A program made the position numbers and the translations under genes. Of a DNA stretch of 64,000 nt, positions 61,836-64,000 are shown piece after piece. The notes under the pieces were generated by a model, which had not been told where the DNA came from, made no database searches, and saw only the letters and a program-made list of their open reading frames with translations. The stretch is from positions 32,001-96,000 of IMG/VR virus record IMGVR_UViG_3300013121_000039. One strand, 5' to 3'. The DNA is from a virus (Duplodnaviria > Caudoviricetes). Position 1 is the first letter of the stretch. The number at the start of each line of letters is the position of its first letter.

Positions 61836-63304
61836 TGTGTCGCCTGATCACGCTTCAGCAGCTCCCTGAACTGGTAGTTGAGCCGTTCCTTGTCCTGCGA
61901 GAGACGGCTCAGGTACTCGTCGACGCCGAAGCCTGGGGAGCGCAGCTTCATCTTCTCAAGTACCCCTGACCGCGGGCGCGTGGCAAGGAATCGCTCGACG
62001 CGCACCTTTCGCTCCTCTGGTGGCAGATCAGCGTGACTCCCGTACCTGATGCCACGTCCTTCGACCTGCTTCAGCTTCTCGTCATTCCAGTGCGGCTCCA
62101 TGACTTGGATGAGGCGAGTCCCCTTGAGGTCGAGCCCCTCACCGCCGGCGCTGGAGAGCATCAGGGCCCTGAGCTTGCCTGCGTTGTATTGCCGCACGAG
62201 CTCGTCCCGCTCCTTCTTCTTCATCTGCCCGGTGAACTCGCCGAACGGGATCCCCTCCTGTGTCAGGCGTTCCTTGTACGGGTTGAGCCCGGCATCGAGG
62301 TAGTTGGAGTACACCACCGCCTTCGACCTCGGGTTGGAGCCCAGCTCCTTCCGCAGGCGCTGGAAGGCCTCTTCGACCTTCGGCTCTTGGGGCGTTGCCT
62401 GCTGATCGTGGTACGGCCGAGTGGTGTTGGAGACCTGCCTGGCCCCGCCGAGGAAGGCGTTCAAGTCGCCGGCCTCTTGCTTGGTCGGCGGCAAGCCCTT
62501 GCGGACCTTGTAGCGGACCCAGAACGGCGCCTTCTTCATCAGCGTGTCGTAGTAGTCGAGCTGGTCCTTGGTCATCGGCACGCGCACGTCCTCGCGCGAG
62601 ACCTCGGGGAAGTTCTCCTTGGCGCCCTCGTAGTAATCGACCCACTTGTCGAGTACCTGCTTCAGCTCCTTGCGCCTGCCCGGATGCAGGATGGGGACCG
62701 TGGAGCCCTTCACGCCGCGGAGCTTGGCGAGGAAGCCGGGGTCCTTCTTCAGGTTGTAGATGTACTTCTCCTCGAACTCCTTGCGGTCGACCGGCAGGAC
62801 CTTCCCGCCAGCGGCGAGGTTCACGAGGGGCGAGATGTCGGCCGGCCGGTTGTAGAAGGGGGTGCCGGTGAGCAGGAGCCTCTTCTGAGCCTTGTTCTTC
62901 TTCAGGGACTCGTAGGTCTTGGTCCCAGGCTCGCGGGCCCGGTGGGCCTCGTCCACGACGAGCATGGGGCTGCGCAGCTCCGCCCCGCCGCGCGCCACGT
63001 TCTGCATCGAGAGGACGCGCGCCGGCTTGTGCTCGCCCTTCGTGTGCTTGGCGAGCTCCTTCTTGTAGTTGGCTTGGAGGGACGCCGGCACCACGACATC
63101 GGACGGCATCGCCATCGCATCCTGCGCCGCGATGGCGGTAAGGGTCTTGCCGGAGCCCAGGCCATGAGCCACGACGAGGCCTGGCTGGTCCTTCTCCTGG
63201 ATGCGGTTGACCACCCGCTGCTGGTGCGGCTGGAGCGGGGTGAAGACCTTGGCCTCCTTCAGGAGGCGGGCTGCGGACCGGAAGGCGGAGAGATGTGGGC
63301 TCAC
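61832..63304 (-). CDS. SNF2-family helicase
   Basis: HGLGSGKT, VVDEAH, LTGTP-N, AGGEGLDL, EPHWN and QVEGRGIR motifs. Confidence 0.92.
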   Translation of the reverse strand: MSPHLSAFRSAARLLKEAKVFTPLQPHQQRVVNRIQEKDQPGLVVAHGLGSGKTLTAIAAQDAMAMPSDVVVPASLQANYKKELAKHTKGEHKPARVLSMQNVARGGAELRSPMLVVDEAHRAREPGTKTYESLKKNKAQKRLLLTGTPFYNRPADISPLVNLAAGGKVLPVDRKEFEEKYIYNLKKDPGFLAKLRGVKGSTVPILHPGRRKELKQVLDKWVDYYEGAKENFPEVSREDVRVPMTKDQLDYYDTLMKKAPFWVRYKVRKGLPPTKQEAGDLNAFLGGARQVSNTTRPYHDQQATPQEPKVEEAFQRLRKELGSNPRSKAVVYSNYLDAGLNPYKERLTQEGIPFGEFTGQMKKKERDELVRQYNAGKLRALMLSSAGGEGLDLKGTRLIQVMEPHWNDEKLKQVEGRGIRYGSHADLPPEERKVRVERFLATRPRSGVLEKMKLRSPGFGVDEYLSRLSQDKERLNYQFRELLKRDQATQ

Positions 63305-64000
63305 CAGCGACCTCCGATGCCCCCTGCGACCCCCAGCTTGCCGTCTGTCGTGAACAGCACCCCAGCCTCCGCCTCCAGGCGGATAGGCCCCATCTCGAAA
63401 GGCGGGAAGAGCGCCTTCGGGCCGAAGTCCAGACCGGTCGCCCGGGAGTAGGTGGTGATGATGCCGGCCCCCCAGCGCTTCTCACGCCGTGTCGGCAGCA
63501 CCACGACGTCAGACTTCGGGGCGTCCGTGGTGATGTAGTCGGTGAAGAGGACGAGCTCGGACGGGGTGGTGCGGATGCACTGCACGCGGCCGGTCAGCAC
63601 CGTGTTGTCGTTCGGGGTCTTGTAGTGGAGCTCGTCGAGGGCTGCTGTCACCTTGTCGCCCTTCAGCAGCACGATGTCCTTCTTGTCCTCTGGGCACTCA
63701 CGGGCAGGGCCCGGATCCCCTGGCACCGGCTTCTCCACGAACCGGATCTCCACCACCTTGATGAGCTTCGGCTTCTCGCCAAGCAGCTTCTCCAGTTGCT
63801 CGACCTGGGCCTTCCAGGCAGCGTCTTGGCGCAGGATCTCCTTCTCCTGCTTCTCCAGCGTCTTCTTGTTGGACTCTCGCTCCGCGACGAACTTCTCACG
63901 TTCGAGCTGGAGAGCCTCCTTGTCCTTCCGCAGGGTATCCCGCTCGCCTCGGGCGTTGTTCCAGTAGAAGGCGAAGACGATGATGACGATGAGGAGAGCG
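63301..64000 (-). CDS. Membrane-anchored coiled-coil protein, spanin-like; start lies beyond the window
   Basis: Frame open to the edge: ALLIVIIVFAFYW transmembrane segment, coiled-coil, then C-terminal beta strands ending in W. Confidence 0.6.
   Translation of the reverse strand, partial: ALLIVIIVFAFYWNNARGERDTLRKDKEALQLEREKFVAERESNKKTLEKQEKEILRQDAAWKAQVEQLEKLLGEKPKLIKVVEIRFVEKPVPGDPGPARECPEDKKDIVLLKGDKVTAALDELHYKTPNDNTVLTGRVQCIRTTPSELVLFTDYITTDAPKSDVVVLPTRREKRWGAGIITTYSRATGLDFGPKALFPPFEMGPIRLEAEAGVLFTTDGKLGVAGGIGGRW

Overview
This window is part of a large, GC-rich tailed phage, probably a contractile-tail (myovirus-type) phage; the host cannot be determined from the sequence. Left half (1-31.3 kb, mostly minus strand): head and packaging genes (prohead protease, GpA-type terminase, portal, baseplate spike, many internal-protein candidates) and a 2093-aa single-chain beta-beta' RNA polymerase, interrupted by three small plus-strand islands. 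Middle (31.4-54.2 kb, plus strand): replication, recombination and nucleotide genes (SF2 helicase, UDG, DnaB, primase, SSB-like, PolA, HU, RecA, resolvases, dNMP kinase, ThyX). 54.4-59.6 kb: an array of 40 recognisable tRNAs covering all 20 amino acids, plus 3 aberrant tRNA-like elements, several structured spacers and an HNH gene. The strongest candidate novel system is directly upstream of this array. A sigma70-type promoter drives a near-leaderless 51-codon ORF that uses all 20 amino acids and codons for 34 of the 40 array tRNAs. Its 3' end is the 5' arm of an antiterminator that competes with an intrinsic terminator. I interpret this as a pan-codon attenuator that would switch the tRNA array on when almost any tRNA is depleted. 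Also notable: a recurring F-x-D-E-L-x-K-I-A / K-x-A signal in head-module proteins, and a bipartite G(A/C)AAR-N18-ATAAG promoter with hairpin+TTAGC terminators that mark plus-strand units. All calls were made by eye from motifs; no searches were run.
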